A stretch of 60,280 nt of DNA, counting the filler, from Globobulimina sp. (taxonomy: Eukaryota): assembly GCA_003354225.1 (NCBI GenBank). It is 11 parts of 11 records of this genome, joined end to end, with 100 filler letters (N's around TTAATTAATTAA, not from the genome) between each part and the next. Parts side by side here need not be neighbours in the genome. Positions count along the whole stretch, not along the records: positions 43,933 to 49,316 come from PIVH01000603.1; positions 49,417 to 54,798 come from PIVH01000604.1; positions 54,899 to 60,280 come from PIVH01000605.1; 8 more parts are not named here. One strand, written 5' to 3'. Shown in pieces: positions 46,901 through 60,200 of this stretch. The position numbers were made by a program, and so were the translations under genes. The notes below the pieces were generated by a model. That model saw only the letters and a list, made by a program, of their open reading frames with translations. It did not search any database and had not been told where the DNA came from. Every line of letters begins with the position of its first letter. Position 1 is the stretch's first letter.

Positions 46901-49316
46901 TGTCATTGAAAACTGTGAGTTTCGTAATTATTCGACGCATTCTTCCCTTTACATCGCTGATATTGCGGAGAATGACTTGTTTACAATGCAGAATCGGAGC
47001 GAAATGTTATTGAAAAATAATTTATTCCGATATCATAATGGTCCCTCGGCCGTAATCGATATGAAATTGGTGGCAAACAATAATAATAATTATCAAAAGC
47101 ACCGAATCTCCTTTTTAAACAACAACCGATTTGTGGACAATACGGTGGATGACGTGATCTATTATCAAAGCGGCATAGCCACACAAAACAAGCAAGCATT
47201 CAATGCAAGTTATCCCGTCTCCATTTCCTCCATTTATCTCTCAGATGTTGTGTTTGCGGACAATAATATTAATTATGTGGTGAATGCAAAGAATTATGGC
47301 ATTCAACCCATTGTAGAGATTAATTTGGCGACTTTTACCAACAATAATTTGGCGAATGCTATTATTATATTAGATTATGCCTCCTTTTATTTTGCAAACT
47401 CAGTGATTACGCATCATTTATTAGTGATTGATGGCGTTAATCCAATCAATATCGCAACAAATAACGTCCATGTCAACAATACGCAATTCCTCAAATTGTA
47501 TGACAACCGAAACGAGAATATCTTTGAAAAGATGTTGATCGAATCCTCCATCTTTTCCTCGCATAGAAAGAGTTGGTTTATGTATCTGACGCCATTCGAT
47601 TCCATTTCCATTACAAACAGCCAGTTCATGGACGCCTCCGTCATAATCTATTGCAACAATGACAACATTTCTCCTTCTTCGGTCGCACCAAATATCGACA
47701 TTTTGTCCACCAATTTCTCGCAATTCACAAACCGCAACGCATTATATATCAATTCGAATAATTCCAACTGGTTTCCAAATATTACCGTGGCGCAATCGCA
47801 AATATTTGACAATGTCAACTCCAACCAAAGCAACGCATTAATTACAATCTACAATGAAAATGTCAACAAAATGTATCCATCCATTCTGGCATTCAGTCAA
47901 TGCTCCTTTGATAAGAATGAATTTATATTTACAATTATCGAAAATAATGAAAACTCAGTGTTTGCCTTTTCCGATTGCAATTTCACAAACAATCATGAAA
48001 ACATTTTGTATTATATACCGCCGTCATCCTCTGCGTTGACTGAGACATTCACCAATTTCGAATTTAATAATTGCATTTGGAGCAACAACGAGGCGGTCTC
48101 TCAAAGCCATTCATTGCTGCAATTCACAAACAATAATATTTGCGATCGAAGCCGGTCGAATGTATTTAATATCAATGCGTCTCCGTTTGGTTTAACAATC
48201 TCAGGCAACACATTTGTGGACAATAACTATTATGAGGATGGCTTATTGAATGCGTATTGCATAATTATTAAGATTGAGGCCAGTTCGTTTGAGGCGAATG
48301 CCAATAAATTGCTGCAATTGTTGGATTCGGATATTTTAATGCGAGATGGCGACATAGTGTCTCATGTTGGCGATGTAGCAAAGTCTGACATCAATTTGGA
48401 TGCGTTGACCAATGCTTATTTTGATAATATTCTATTTTCCCACAATATTGAAAATGTCATCAACATTGTCTCAAACAACAACATGGTATTAACCAATTCC
48501 TCCATTCTCAACCATAGCGGCAATTTTCTACATATTAATAGCCATTCCAGTGGGCCCTACTTCACCTTATTGAAAGATGTGAATTTCACAAATTCAGTGA
48601 CCAATTCGAGCCAAAGTAAGAGTTTCATCTTTATTGACAATGACAACTTATTCAACCAAAGCATCAAATTTCTGAATGTCAACTTTGCAGATAACATTGG
48701 CACAATATTTGATTCACAAACCTCTCTTTTAACCAATGTCTCGAATTCCATCCAATGTCCAAGCAATCTGGAAACATATCGGAATGATGGAATTATTGAA
48801 TTTGAAAATGTTGTGGTTCGCAATAATCGCATTGCTGAGGTAAGTTCTTCTTTATTCTTTATTAAATTGCACAGAATCAAGTTTGTGGGCTTCCGCTTCG
48901 AATATAACCAATGTAATAATGACTGCATTTTATCCCAATTCAGTGCATTGCAAATAATATCCGCCTCATTCCTCAACAATGTGATTGCCAGCAATAACGA
49001 CAACATATTCTCTCTATATTCGACGCAATTATGTATTGATGGTATTTCCGTCAATAATGACGATGCCAATGCATTTATTTCCATCTCCCCCAACAATTTG
49101 AGCACCGATCTGATTACAATCAATAATGCAAACATTGAATCGGCTCATTTGGAATATTTTATTTATTTTGAGAACAATGTGGAAATGGTTCTGAATGCAA
49201 TGAAAATAAGCAACATATCCTCATCGACCATCAAATGGGTCACCACCGCGCCAGTCACCAATATCAATCTCAATATTACACATTCTGTGTTTAAGACCAC
49301 TGCGTTGGCGCTGCAA
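43933..49316 (+). CDS. Very large Asn-rich parallel beta-helix (Pmp-like/pectin-lyase-fold) protein, internal fragment
   Basis: About 1,790 uninterrupted codons spanning the contig; repeated AxNNGGxIY and FxxN motifs; many N-x-S/T sites. Confidence 0.85.
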
Positions 49317-49416
49317 NNNNNNNNNNNNNNNNNNNNNNNNNNNNNNNNNNNNNNNNNNNNTTAATTAATTAANNNNNNNNNNNNNNNNNNNNNNNNNNNN
49401 NNNNNNNNNNNNNNNN

Positions 49417-49766
49417 TATTTGTCTGGATTGTAGATCCATTTTCGTTTTAATGGTAGCATTAACAGACAAGTATGTAATATAAAGGATGGACATTTTCGC
49501 CATGTTTGGTAAAAACCAATTAAACTAACAAATACAATACGTCTTTGATCTAATGAATTAATATCAATATGATTTTCATTATGCTGATTTCTTCGATTAT
49601 ATTTTATGATAAAATCGTCGTGTTGTCTAGAATGCGCATTTGTTTTTCGGGTTGTCTTTAATTTTGATTTGATTTTGATAGATATCGACCTCCATAAATT
49701 CGTGACATGTTTAGTTTCTCTAGTTTCTCCATTGGAGAAAACGTCTCTCCTCAATTGATTACCCAT
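49417..49766 (-). CDS. 5' part of a hypothetical protein
   Basis: ORF from MGNQL running off the contig edge. Confidence 0.4.
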
Positions 49767-50054
49767 ATTGATAATTTATAAGAATTTTAGGAACGTGCTA
49801 TCAATGTCAGCGCATTAGGAGCAAGATGAATATCAAACAACCAAAAGGATGAAAAACAGCTTAAATAAATCTTTTTGTTCACATGATTAGAAAAGTCCGA
49901 TCAGTGAATTGATTTGTATACATTTGGTTCAATTATAAATTTGTTCTGACTTTGTTCTGGATTTGCAAACCCATTGAAGACAAAGTTATAACAAACACAA
50001 AACCATAGCAAGCAGTTTCTGGATTTGCAAAGCGTTATGATATAAATACAACAA

Positions 50055-50771
50055 TTATCTCTTACCCTTCTTAGTTCGTATTTTCCTCATTTCACCATCA
50101 TATCTAACACCTTGTCCTTGTAAATTCATTTTTTTTGCTTTCCGTAAAGAAGCACAAACAGTTCCGAGCTGTTCAATATCAATTCCTCGGACAACAATCG
50201 GGTATCCACTATCATCGGATTCTAACACATTCCACGAAATTCCAATGGGTGCAGTTAATACCATTGGTTTTGCAAAACCACATCTCATTATTAATTTACG
50301 TTCATTTTGAGTATCAATCGATGCACGAAATCCTTTACCAAATAATCGCATCCTTTTTTCCCATCCATTATTTACTCCATAAATCATATTTTTTATAACC
50401 TTCGCTGTGGTCATAGATTGCATTTTTCTCTCTCTATCTGTCCTCCAGCGAAATTGTTGGGTCATGAATTCCCCATTTTGTATAATAGCAACATCTCCGC
50501 ATAGAGAACGTCTCAGTGTTCCTAGACGACCGGTTATGGTAAGCATGTAATGTCGAAATGCAGTGTTTGGTCGCATGCACGGTCTGTGCTCATTTGGCTC
50601 AATCATAATAAAGGTATCCCTTGGCATTGGCATAAACTTCCAATCAAATGTTGACTCTCTATCACGAACTAATAATATTTGTTGAGAATTTTCTGGAATT
50701 TTTAATGGTGGTAATCGACGCGGTATTGCTGGTTGGATAAATCTCATTGCTTTTGGTACTGTTTTAGGCAT
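50055..50771 (-). CDS. MRPL6: Mitochondrial ribosomal protein uL6m
   Basis: LTITGRLGTLRRSL, IKNMIYGVNNGWEKRMRLFGKGFRA, MRCGFAKP, IVVRGIDIEQLG, GQGVRYDGE..RTKKGKR; first ATG at 50771. Confidence 0.85.
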   Translation of the reverse strand: MPKTVPKAMRFIQPAIPRRLPPLKIPENSQQILLVRDRESTFDWKFMPMPRDTFIMIEPNEHRPCMRPNTAFRHYMLTITGRLGTLRRSLCGDVAIIQNGEFMTQQFRWRTDRERKMQSMTTAKVIKNMIYGVNNGWEKRMRLFGKGFRASIDTQNERKLIMRCGFAKPMVLTAPIGISWNVLESDDSGYPIVVRGIDIEQLGTVCASLRKAKKMNLQGQGVRYDGEMRKIRTKKGKR

Positions 50772-50887
50772 TGTTTTTATAAAAAGCTGTTTCCTGACAG
50801 CAAGCAAGCAATATATGGTTTAGGCTTTATTTATTGTATTTTCTCTGAGACATTTCATCTCAAGTTTTCTTTCTGAGTGTTCAAACA

Positions 50888-52929
50888 ATGGCTACTGTTG
50901 CCATACATGTCCAATCACATGTCGTAGCTGCAATACTATGCTATTGCACTGTAGCATTATTCTTATTTTATATGCTATTAATCGTACACAGTTCATATAA
51001 ATACTGGTGTGCTCGCAATAATATCATACTACAAAAAAGATATTGCCACATTACGATATATACCGCCATAATAATGATACCGAAAATAATATTCAATGCG
51101 ATAATGTATTGTTCAGTATTACACATTACTGAGACATCAACATTATATACAATATATTTAGCAGTCGATGACTTATTAGGCATAATATTTTATTATTTAT
51201 GGGTATGGAAATTTTGGCTTATTTTCTATGACACAAAATGGACCATTTCGATATTAAATCGTCGATGGCAAAATCAAATAAATCCAAAACATCATTTAGT
51301 AAATAAAAGCAATAATTTTTTCCTCCTAAATAGATTATCGTACGGCAATAGTAAATGGGTTTGGTATCATCGTATATTGCCAATTATTATTTTGTCCACC
51401 ATATTAATAGCGGTGCCACCAATAATATTGTCCTACATCACTCACTATAATGATTCCATGCAATATGACTTCAAAATGAATGTTGTCCACTTAATATCTT
51501 CTTCCTTATATTATGTCCCATTCTGTATATTGGCGGTTCTCTTATGCAAATTGCCTGCATTCAATGACGAATTCTTTATTATTTCTGAACTAAAACGTAT
51601 ATTTATTACTTTTTGTGTGGACATTGCCTGCCATTCGTGTGTGTTTTTAGTGCCAATGATAATTGAACATAACGCAAGTATGCAAAATCAAATGGATAAC
51701 GGATATGTGGCGGACAAAATATTGTATCCCGTCATCGGTTTTAATGTAATCAGTGTATCACAGACCGTCGCTGTACTAATATCCACCAAATGGGTCATGA
51801 ATAAGGTCTATATTTTGAATAATATCTATGATGTAAGGAAGGCAAATATAAAAATACAAAAACGGAATGGATTTAGCGATATCGATACAGTGGAACGCTC
51901 ATTGTCTGTCAGTGTGCAGGTATTAAAATTGCATCATACCCAAAGCAGTTTCGCGCAGGAATTAATTAATAAATACACGTTTAATTACGGCGATGATTTA
52001 GGCATTACATTGATTGATATATTAACCAATGAACAATCATTTGATATTTTTGTTAAGCATTTGTCGTTGGAATTTAGTTTAGAATGTTTATTGTCACTGA
52101 TTGAGTTTATACAATTTCAACAGTTTATTGATAAATATATTAATAGTTTGCAAGACCAGATTGCCAGCCGTCGAGCATCTATCTCCACCTCAGGTATTTT
52201 ATAATATATATATCAGATATAATAATTAATTAATTATAATATAATTAAGATTCATATATGATACCATCGTGCAATGGCAACATTAACGGTGATAAAACAA
52301 GTGGACTAATTACACACTTTATCAATCAAATATTCTCAGCAACTAAAACTAATAAAAAGACCGTGGACACAGTTGAGAATTCAGGCAATGAGTCGTTGAT
52401 AATTGCAAATAATGCGCAGGAAATAATAAGTGATGACGAATATAGGGAGATGAAAAAGAGACGATTTTTATATAAAAGGATTATATTTCCAGGCAATGTG
52501 CCAAAAAGTAAAATAGTTTATGTCGACGGAGAGAATGTAAATATAAATGATTCAATCAGTGATAATAATACTTGCGAAGTGGATGATGAGTTTTTACGTT
52601 CGTGTAAATTAAAAGCATTTACTTTATATAGGAAGTATATTGTTGGAGGATGTGGTTTGGAAATAAATGTCGGATGGACTATAAAGAAAAAATTGTTATC
52701 CATTATGGGGAATAATGATAAAAACGTATTGGATATTTCATTGGTGGAATCATGGGATATTTCATTGTATGGTTTAATTAAATTATTTGATAAATGCTGT
52801 AATCAAATGTTAGTTTTAATGAAAGATTCTTTTGATAGATTTAAACAAACAAAACAGTTCGATAAATTGAAAAAGGGCGTGTTTAGCAATCAACAACGTG
52901 TTAGTAATAATGATATTGTATATGAATAA
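50888..52929 (+). CDS. Seven-transmembrane RGS protein, 2 exons
   Basis: Seven hydrophobic segments, then RGS motifs FVKHLSLEFSLECLLSLIE, LYRKYI..CGLEINV, LFDKC..LMKDSFDRF. Intron 52194-52249. Confidence 0.85.
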
Positions 52930-53013
52930 TTAATTTTGAAATTATTTTTATGGTTTTAATTGATTTCTTAGTGTTTTGAAGATTTAAAGATTTTTTTGAA
53001 GTGAGCCAGGATA

Positions 53014-54578
53014 ATGGCATCTGAAGTCAGCTCACCAGACGATGCACATTTTGCAAATATGAAAGAACACAATGATAATACAATAGAGAAAGCATTACAA
53101 AAACAAGCTGAATCAAGTATGAGCAGCAAAAAATTAATAATTGCCGTATTTGGTTCGTCCATTGGAAATTTATTGGAATGGTTTGATTTTGCAATATTTG
53201 GTTTGCTCGCAGATGAGATTGGTGGCAATTTTTTCCCACACAAAAACAAAGGCATTCAAGTGTTGGAATCATTTGCTGTATTTGCTGCAGCTTTTTTTAT
53301 GCGGCCCATAGGAGGGGCATTGTTTGGTTATATTGGTGATAAATATGGACGCATCACCTCATTGCGTCTCTCGTTGTTTATGATGGCAATTCCGACTTTT
53401 TTAACTGGCTGTTTACCAAACTATGAACGCATTGGAATAGCAGCGCCGATTTTGTTATGTTTATTCAGGTTAGTACAAGGTTTATCGGTTGGTGGTGAAT
53501 TTACGGGTGCGATTACATACATTGTTGAAGTTTGCCCACCACATAAAAAGGCATTTTATAATACGTTGGTGCATGTATCTGGTACTGGCACGCTGTTGGG
53601 AACCATTGTGGTTGGCATTATGCGGGCTACCTTCACAGAGACACAATTAGGTTGCATTTCCATTTTGAAATATCCATTTTCATGCAAACTCTCCGACATT
53701 CGTAGGATTTGATATTCCGACTCCGAATGAATGATTAATGTAATTATGAATGAACATGTATGAAAATGAATATTTAAGACACCTGGGCCTGGGGCATACC
53801 ATTTTTGTTTGGTGTGGTTGTGGCAGTATTTGGCATTTGGATGCGAAAAGGAATGGAAACAAGTCATGAATTTGAAAAACAGAAACAAGACGGAAAGTTG
53901 TTAACGAATCCAACATTTGAAGTATTGAAAAATCATAAAATTAAGCTGTTGACCATTGTGTGCCACCTAATGTTTCAAGCAGCGTTTTATTATTCAATTT
54001 GGATTTGGTTACCGGAATACGCATATAATAAACAAATAAATCCAATACGAAATATCTATTTAATCAATGCAATCAATATGATAATCAATATGTGTTTCAT
54101 GTTATTATCTGGCTGGATTATTGATAGATATTTTGACTGTGATCCAAGCAAACCGTTAATATTTTGGGGTGCCATTACAATTATTTATACGCTTCTGATC
54201 TTTCCTTTTTTAGGCGGCGTCAATACATTTCAAATTCTCTCTATTCAAATGATCTGGGCAATATTTAATGGATTGTACCATGGCGGATGGTCTTTGTGGG
54301 GCATTGATAGGTTTAAAGAAGAAACAGTGATAAGATATTCTGGATTTGGCATTGGATATAATATAGCTTTGGCATTATTCGGTGGCACAGCACCGCTATT
54401 TGCCACTGCGATAATATTGACTTCTGGCCCATGGGCATTGGGAGTGTTGCTATTTGTTTATGGAGCAATATCAATCATAACTGTTTCTGTGTGTTATTAT
54501 TTGAACAAAAAAAATAAGACTGAATATCACGAATCTATACAAGAAATGGAGTTGCAACATCTGGATCATGCAGACTAG
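53014..54578 (+). CDS. MFS metabolite:H+ symporter (ProP/MHS family), 2 exons
   Basis: IGNLLEWFDFAIFG, FFMRPIGGALFGYIGDKYGR, RLVQGLSVGGEFTGA, WAWGIPFL, GYNIALALFGGTAP. Intron 53651-53778. Confidence 0.92.
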
Positions 54579-54898
54579 TACATTTAACTTTTTTGGCTTT
54601 GTTTCGTTTGTTTCATTTCAACGATTGGCAAGGTTTTTGGGTGAGCTAGAGTGGTTAAATTACTTAAATAGACGCGTTAGAAACACTTCGTTTTGGAAAA
54701 ATGAACCACTTGGTGATGATCTCACCACCAAGCTCCAACAAAATTACTTGCGAATGTGCGAATTTTAACTCTGTGCAGCCAAAAAACTATACTGACTGNN
54801 NNNNNNNNNNNNNNNNNNNNNNNNNNNNNNNNNNNNNNNNNNTTAATTAATTAANNNNNNNNNNNNNNNNNNNNNNNNNNNNNNNNNNNNNNNNNNNN

Positions 54899-56684
54899 AA
54901 TAAAGAAACGGTAACAAATAAATTCGGATTTTTGTATGAATTCGCAAGATTTAGGTACATTCCATATTGGTCACCTTGGACTGGAATTGCTCAATTTTGT
55001 CAGGCAAACGATACGGATCAAATTAATCCACATACGATATCACCACATATCCATCAACACAATGCAACATTTGACGAACTGCAAAATAGCATAAATCACA
55101 TTGGCAACCAACCATTAAATAGAAAGTTGCCGTGGTGGGATATCCATATAATTCATTGTAACAGCAACGAGAATGCCAACCAACAAGAATCGTTTAGTGT
55201 TGCTTATAATATCTGTTTTCAATTAATTTATACCATTTGCACATTTTTTATTTTTAGATCCCAAACAATTTTGGTTCTCCGATGGTATGTACTGTGCATC
55301 TACTTTTTTTACTTGTTTTTATGATAATTTCATATTTCAAATCCAACAGTGATCATTGCTTAGGCGATGGTGCCACATTAATGAAATTTTTATTGCCACG
55401 TTGCTTTTCGAACAGTGATGGAAAAGCAATCAATGTTAACATTGCTCACAGGAAACTTGCTGCTTTTTCATGGTTGCTCTATAAATATATTTTCATTTTG
55501 CAAATTAATTAATTGCATTATTATACAGTTGCAGCATATTTGCAATCATTATTAATGCAGTATGGTGTTGCTATTGTTTGTTATTGAAAAGAACTGACAC
55601 TTTTAATGAAATATTTTGTAAAATGCATGCTCGGTTCGGAAGTCAATCGTTTTTGCATAAAAGTGTTACAGCAGACACAGTGGAAACAATTCAGCAGATT
55701 TTCAATAAAGATGCGAATGTTCGAAATGAACTGAATGTTGTGGATGATCATTATATCTCTATTAATGATATTGTAATGAGTATTTGTTCAGGTTTGACAA
55801 TTTTGTCTCTGCTGCATGACAATGTTTTGATTGTTTATACATTAAAATGTTTAATTTGTTGAGGTGCTTTTCGTGGTTTATTGTTACGAGAAACAGACGC
55901 CGTCGCCGAGTCGATTAATAATGGAATTTTTAAATCTTTAATTGTTATCTCCAAACCTTTTGAGATGGAAAAAGCAAAAACAATTCAAAATGGATGGATT
56001 CTTGCATCGGTTCCTTTTTTTGTAAACATTGAAAATCATATAATCAGAGTTATTGAAACAGCAAATGTTTTAAAAATAGTTAAGGTAATAAGGAATTTAT
56101 AGTATTATCAGAAATGTGTTTCTGTTGTATATAATATCAGGAAACAGCAACAAATAATAGGTGTTATATAATTTTGAAGCATCTGAAATTATATACAATC
56201 AGTATTATTTGTTGCTGTTTCTGAATAACATTATGCACAGAAACATAATTAACATATATTACACCTTCAGAATCGATACCATTTATGGGCTACATTTGGA
56301 TTTTATGAAAATGTTGCAAATCTTTGGATTTTTGCTATAAAAACACTTAGTTATAGATTATCCTGCACTCATTCTTGTCATTATTCGATGCTTAATTTTA
56401 GATCGTATGTTGAAAATGATACGTTTATATTTGGAACAGATATTAAATTAACAGATATTGGCATTTTTGTGGGTGATACAATTAAGACACACATGATCGA
56501 AGTATTTAAATTTGGAGACAGATTAAGTTTAAATATATGTTGTGGTAATAAAGGAGAGCAATCTGCACAGCAATGGTTCAGTCAATTTGATGTTGTTCAA
56601 AAGGAACTATTACAATCCTTGGAAACATTGCAACGACAGCCACCAAATCCATTAATCGGATTAAATGAAAAAACATGCAAATAA
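54899..56684 (+). CDS. Wax ester synthase/diacylglycerol acyltransferase (WS/DGAT)-like protein, multi-exon, 5' partial
   Basis: PLNRKLPWWDIHI, LVLR-C-DHCLGDGATL (HHxxxDG-like, across intron 55284-55349), ISINDIVMSICSG. Several short introns; full structure not resolved. Confidence 0.7.
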
Positions 56685-56730
56685 TCTCTAGTAAAGTTTT
56701 AAATTTGAGTCACTTAAACCTAAAGGCATA

Positions 56731-57432
56731 ATGTCAATCATACTTGTAATATTTACAGCGGTGTCAATTGCCTTGGGATTGGCTGTCGAATTTTTTAATG
56801 TGGAAAAATTGATACAAAATGCGTCAGGATTACCATCCAATTATGGTTTAATTGGCGTGATGATGTTATTCAATGGTTACATTTTAATGTATTTAGGTAT
56901 CTGTGTAGGAAAAGCAAGAAAGAAATACGGCGTAGAATATCCGACTATGTACGCCGATGTTCATCATTCAAAAAATAAAAAAAATGCAAATATATTCAAT
57001 TGCATTCAAAGAGCTCATCAAAACTCATTGGAACGTATGTTTTGCATCAGAAAGTTTCTGACAATTTTGACAATTTAATATGCATTTTCTGAAATTAATC
57101 CGTTTGATACGTGTACAGAACAACCATTTTTTTTAATTATTAGTTTTTTGGCAGCACAACAATTCCCATTGGTGGCGGGTGTGGCAGCGTTTGTGGTTAA
57201 TCTCGGTCGTTTAGCTTATGCCGCAGGTATTTTATATAGATTTTTATGATGTGTTTCTATGAGATTTTCATGCATAATAAACAAAGGTTATTCAACTGGA
57301 GATCCAAAGGCAAGGTATCGCGGAGCTTTTGGTTATATTGGATTATTGATGTTGATTGGGTGTAGCTGGGTGGTTTGCTTTGAGAAAATGGGGTTTGATA
57401 TAACAAAAGTGATTGCCGGATTGGTGAAATAG
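56731..57432 (+). CDS. MGST3: Microsomal glutathione S-transferase 3 (MAPEG), 3 exons
   Basis: ARKKYGVEYPTMYA, FNCIQRAHQNSLE, GRLAYAAGYSTGDPKARYRG. Introns 57035-57118 and 57227-57286. Confidence 0.92.
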
Positions 57433-57636
57433 TTTCATACAAATAGTACCAAATCGATCGCGAACAATTGACGCAATTGTGTGTTTATTATAATATGTAA
57501 CTTATAGCATTATACTTGCATTAATCGTACAGTTAACTGGTCTTTTTTTGCACTGACTGACTGACTGACAGCACCAAATGTGTTTTTTTAAGCAACTTAC
57601 ATTGAAAAACCTTGGTCAAATACGCATATTAAAACA

Positions 57637-58638
57637 ATGTCTTCGAGCAAACATTATTGTTCATGCAACCCTAAATCTAAAGCAGTTATGCTATTATGTG
57701 TAGCATGCACATTCTGTTATTTATATTCAACATAAAAGGCATCGCAACGCGAAGAAGCTAAATGGTATTGCTTTCGACACCGTCGTTTTTTATGTGACAA
57801 TTGCATTTACGATGAATTAAATCAACGTCATATAGCGTGTATGGTTGGTACCTACGATGAATTTATAAAGTCGCCCGCCGGCTCATATGCTAAATTTAAA
57901 AAAAATATGTGCGCCATGTGTGATAAACAACTCCCTGACGATGACCAACGAGGCGTGGTACGCTTAAATTGTGCCTGTGTGTATCATACAAATTGTTTGC
58001 AACAATACTTATTATCGCACGAATCAAATAATATCCCATGTCTCCAATGTAAGAAACTAATCACAAAGAAACAAAAATCATCCAATTTAAGCCAATCTGT
58101 TGATAATTTCTTACGGTCAGTGTCCAGGCAGAGATTATGGAATAAGCCCAAAAAAATGGCATCTTCCATGGATACTAAACAGAGCGGAGATGTTATATTG
58201 GACACAGGCGACATGACACGTCATCGTACAGTGACGGCCAACGTCGCCAGCAAAGCATCGATGAATCGAGATGGCAATTTGGAGGATGATAAATATCATA
58301 AACCGGCACATACACAAAGCAGGAAAAGGAATAAATTAATTAAAGGGTTGAAACATAAAAATAAAAATGAAAAATCGTGGTGCAGTACAAGGAAAACGTT
58401 AGTTGTGTTGTTGTTGTTTTTTGCATTGATTGCACAGTGTTGGTTTTTGTATATGGTGTTTATTAAAAAAAATGTGGAGGATTCTAATAATGCGCATTTT
58501 GGCCACACCGATAAGATTAAAATGAATGCAAATTCTAAAGTGGAAGGGATTGTGAATGATTTAAGACCAAAATTGAAGCAACAAATATTAGGCAATAAAC
58601 TAAAATATCAACAAATGCAGAAGAGGTTAATTGATTGA
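57637..58638 (+). CDS. ZFPL1: Zinc finger protein-like 1 homolog (B-box-like, RING/PHD-like, C-terminal TM), 2 exons
   Basis: CSC...WYCFRHRRFLCDNC...HIACMVGTY, CAMCDKQL...RLNCACVYHTNCL, CLQC, then a TM. Intron 57685-57738. Confidence 0.75.
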
Positions 58639-58891
58639 TGTTGATTAAATCAGTGTGTTTTTTTTTTGCTTTGAATTTCCGACATTTTGCATGACACATC
58701 CAGCAAAGCTATCCGTTGCAGAGTCAGAGTATCTGTCATTAATTGTTAGGATGCGAACATAAAGAAGATGATAGATTTCTATTCTGCAACAATTGTCTAT
58801 CTCAGTTAATACACGACAAAGCAAAAATATCTGAACAAACAAAGCAAGTTACATTACGACACTATGTAACGACAGTCATAATATCTTTTTT

Positions 58892-60200
58892 TTATACACA
58901 GTATACAGCAATAACGGCAACAACTACTCCGAATCCCCACATAGCGACACATCCCTTACTATTATCCTTTCCCCCTGGCGTGACCGGCGAGGGAGTATTG
59001 TCATTTTCATGTGAACACACTGTGGTTATTGTCGCAGAACCATGATTATCAATACCATGAAACATAAACGCCGTTCCCTCTCCATGGGCAGATATTACAT
59101 CTAAAGTATTAACTTTCCGCGCCATAAAATTAGTAAAATCATAGGTTTGCGCAGTATCATATGGTCGGATAATTTTTATTGTTCTAATACCATCTTGTGA
59201 CTCATCGTCGGGTGCAATTAACCATGTATTACTTGTCAACATTGTGCTATTTATCATTCTCATATCCGATGGGTTGTCAATGCCATCTGTATACGACGTA
59301 TGTTGTCCTAATATATATTCTGTAATCCCTGCGTCACTCACCACGATGGCGTATGTACTCTGCATCGATCTCGACCCAAAACCTGCATACAAATGATACA
59401 ATGTACATATTATGTATTAGACATAACAAATATTCTCAGCTGACAGTGCCTGACATATATAAACATTATATACCAAACGCAAACCACGCTGCGTCAGTCC
59501 CTTTAATTACAATTTGCATCACATCATTCTGCGCATTTCTGCTCAATGCAAGTGATATTGAACCAACAAATTGCGTATCACTTACACACGTTTCATACAT
59601 TAAACCGCTGACATCCACTGTTGGTGCTACAGTTGGAGGGCTTGTTGGTGCTGCCGTTGCTAATGTTGTTCTGTGGTACATAGAGTGACCAGTACCAGCC
59701 GTAAAATCGTTATTGTTGCCAACTACAAACATTGTTGGTATCGAAGTTTCCGTTGCTGAAAATACATAGCAATTGGCACAAATGGCACTGATATCGTTAT
59801 CTCGTGATATTATATACGAAGTGGTACTGCTTCCAACTGTTTCGTCAACGGTCCATGGAGACGTTGCCGGTGTGACTTGTGTTCCCGATGTGTGATCTCC
59901 TAAATTCCATTGGGATAAGCCAGAAACATCCAAAATTACTGCAGTTTTGGAAGCTGATTGGATGGGATAAAGTTAGATAATGCGATGGATAGTTAGTGAT
60001 ATATTGAAACGCATACTTGACATCGTAGTGCTATCAAATGCTATGCCAACCCAATAGTTGTTAGGTTTAATAATTGTAATAGTTGTTGTAGTGGAAGCAA
60101 CATTGATTGTGAATGAAAAGTCTGCTAATGATTGTGTTTCAAACTCAACACTTTGTACAAATGTGAATGCGGCAAACGCACCAAATAGAATGGTCAACAT
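58892..60200 (-). CDS. Secreted/GPI-anchored tandem DOMON-domain protein, 3 exons
   Basis: Signal peptide; WVGIAFDSTTM...SMYH and WFAF-GFGSRSM...FMFH; Thr/Pro linker; hydrophobic C-terminus. Confidence 0.75.
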
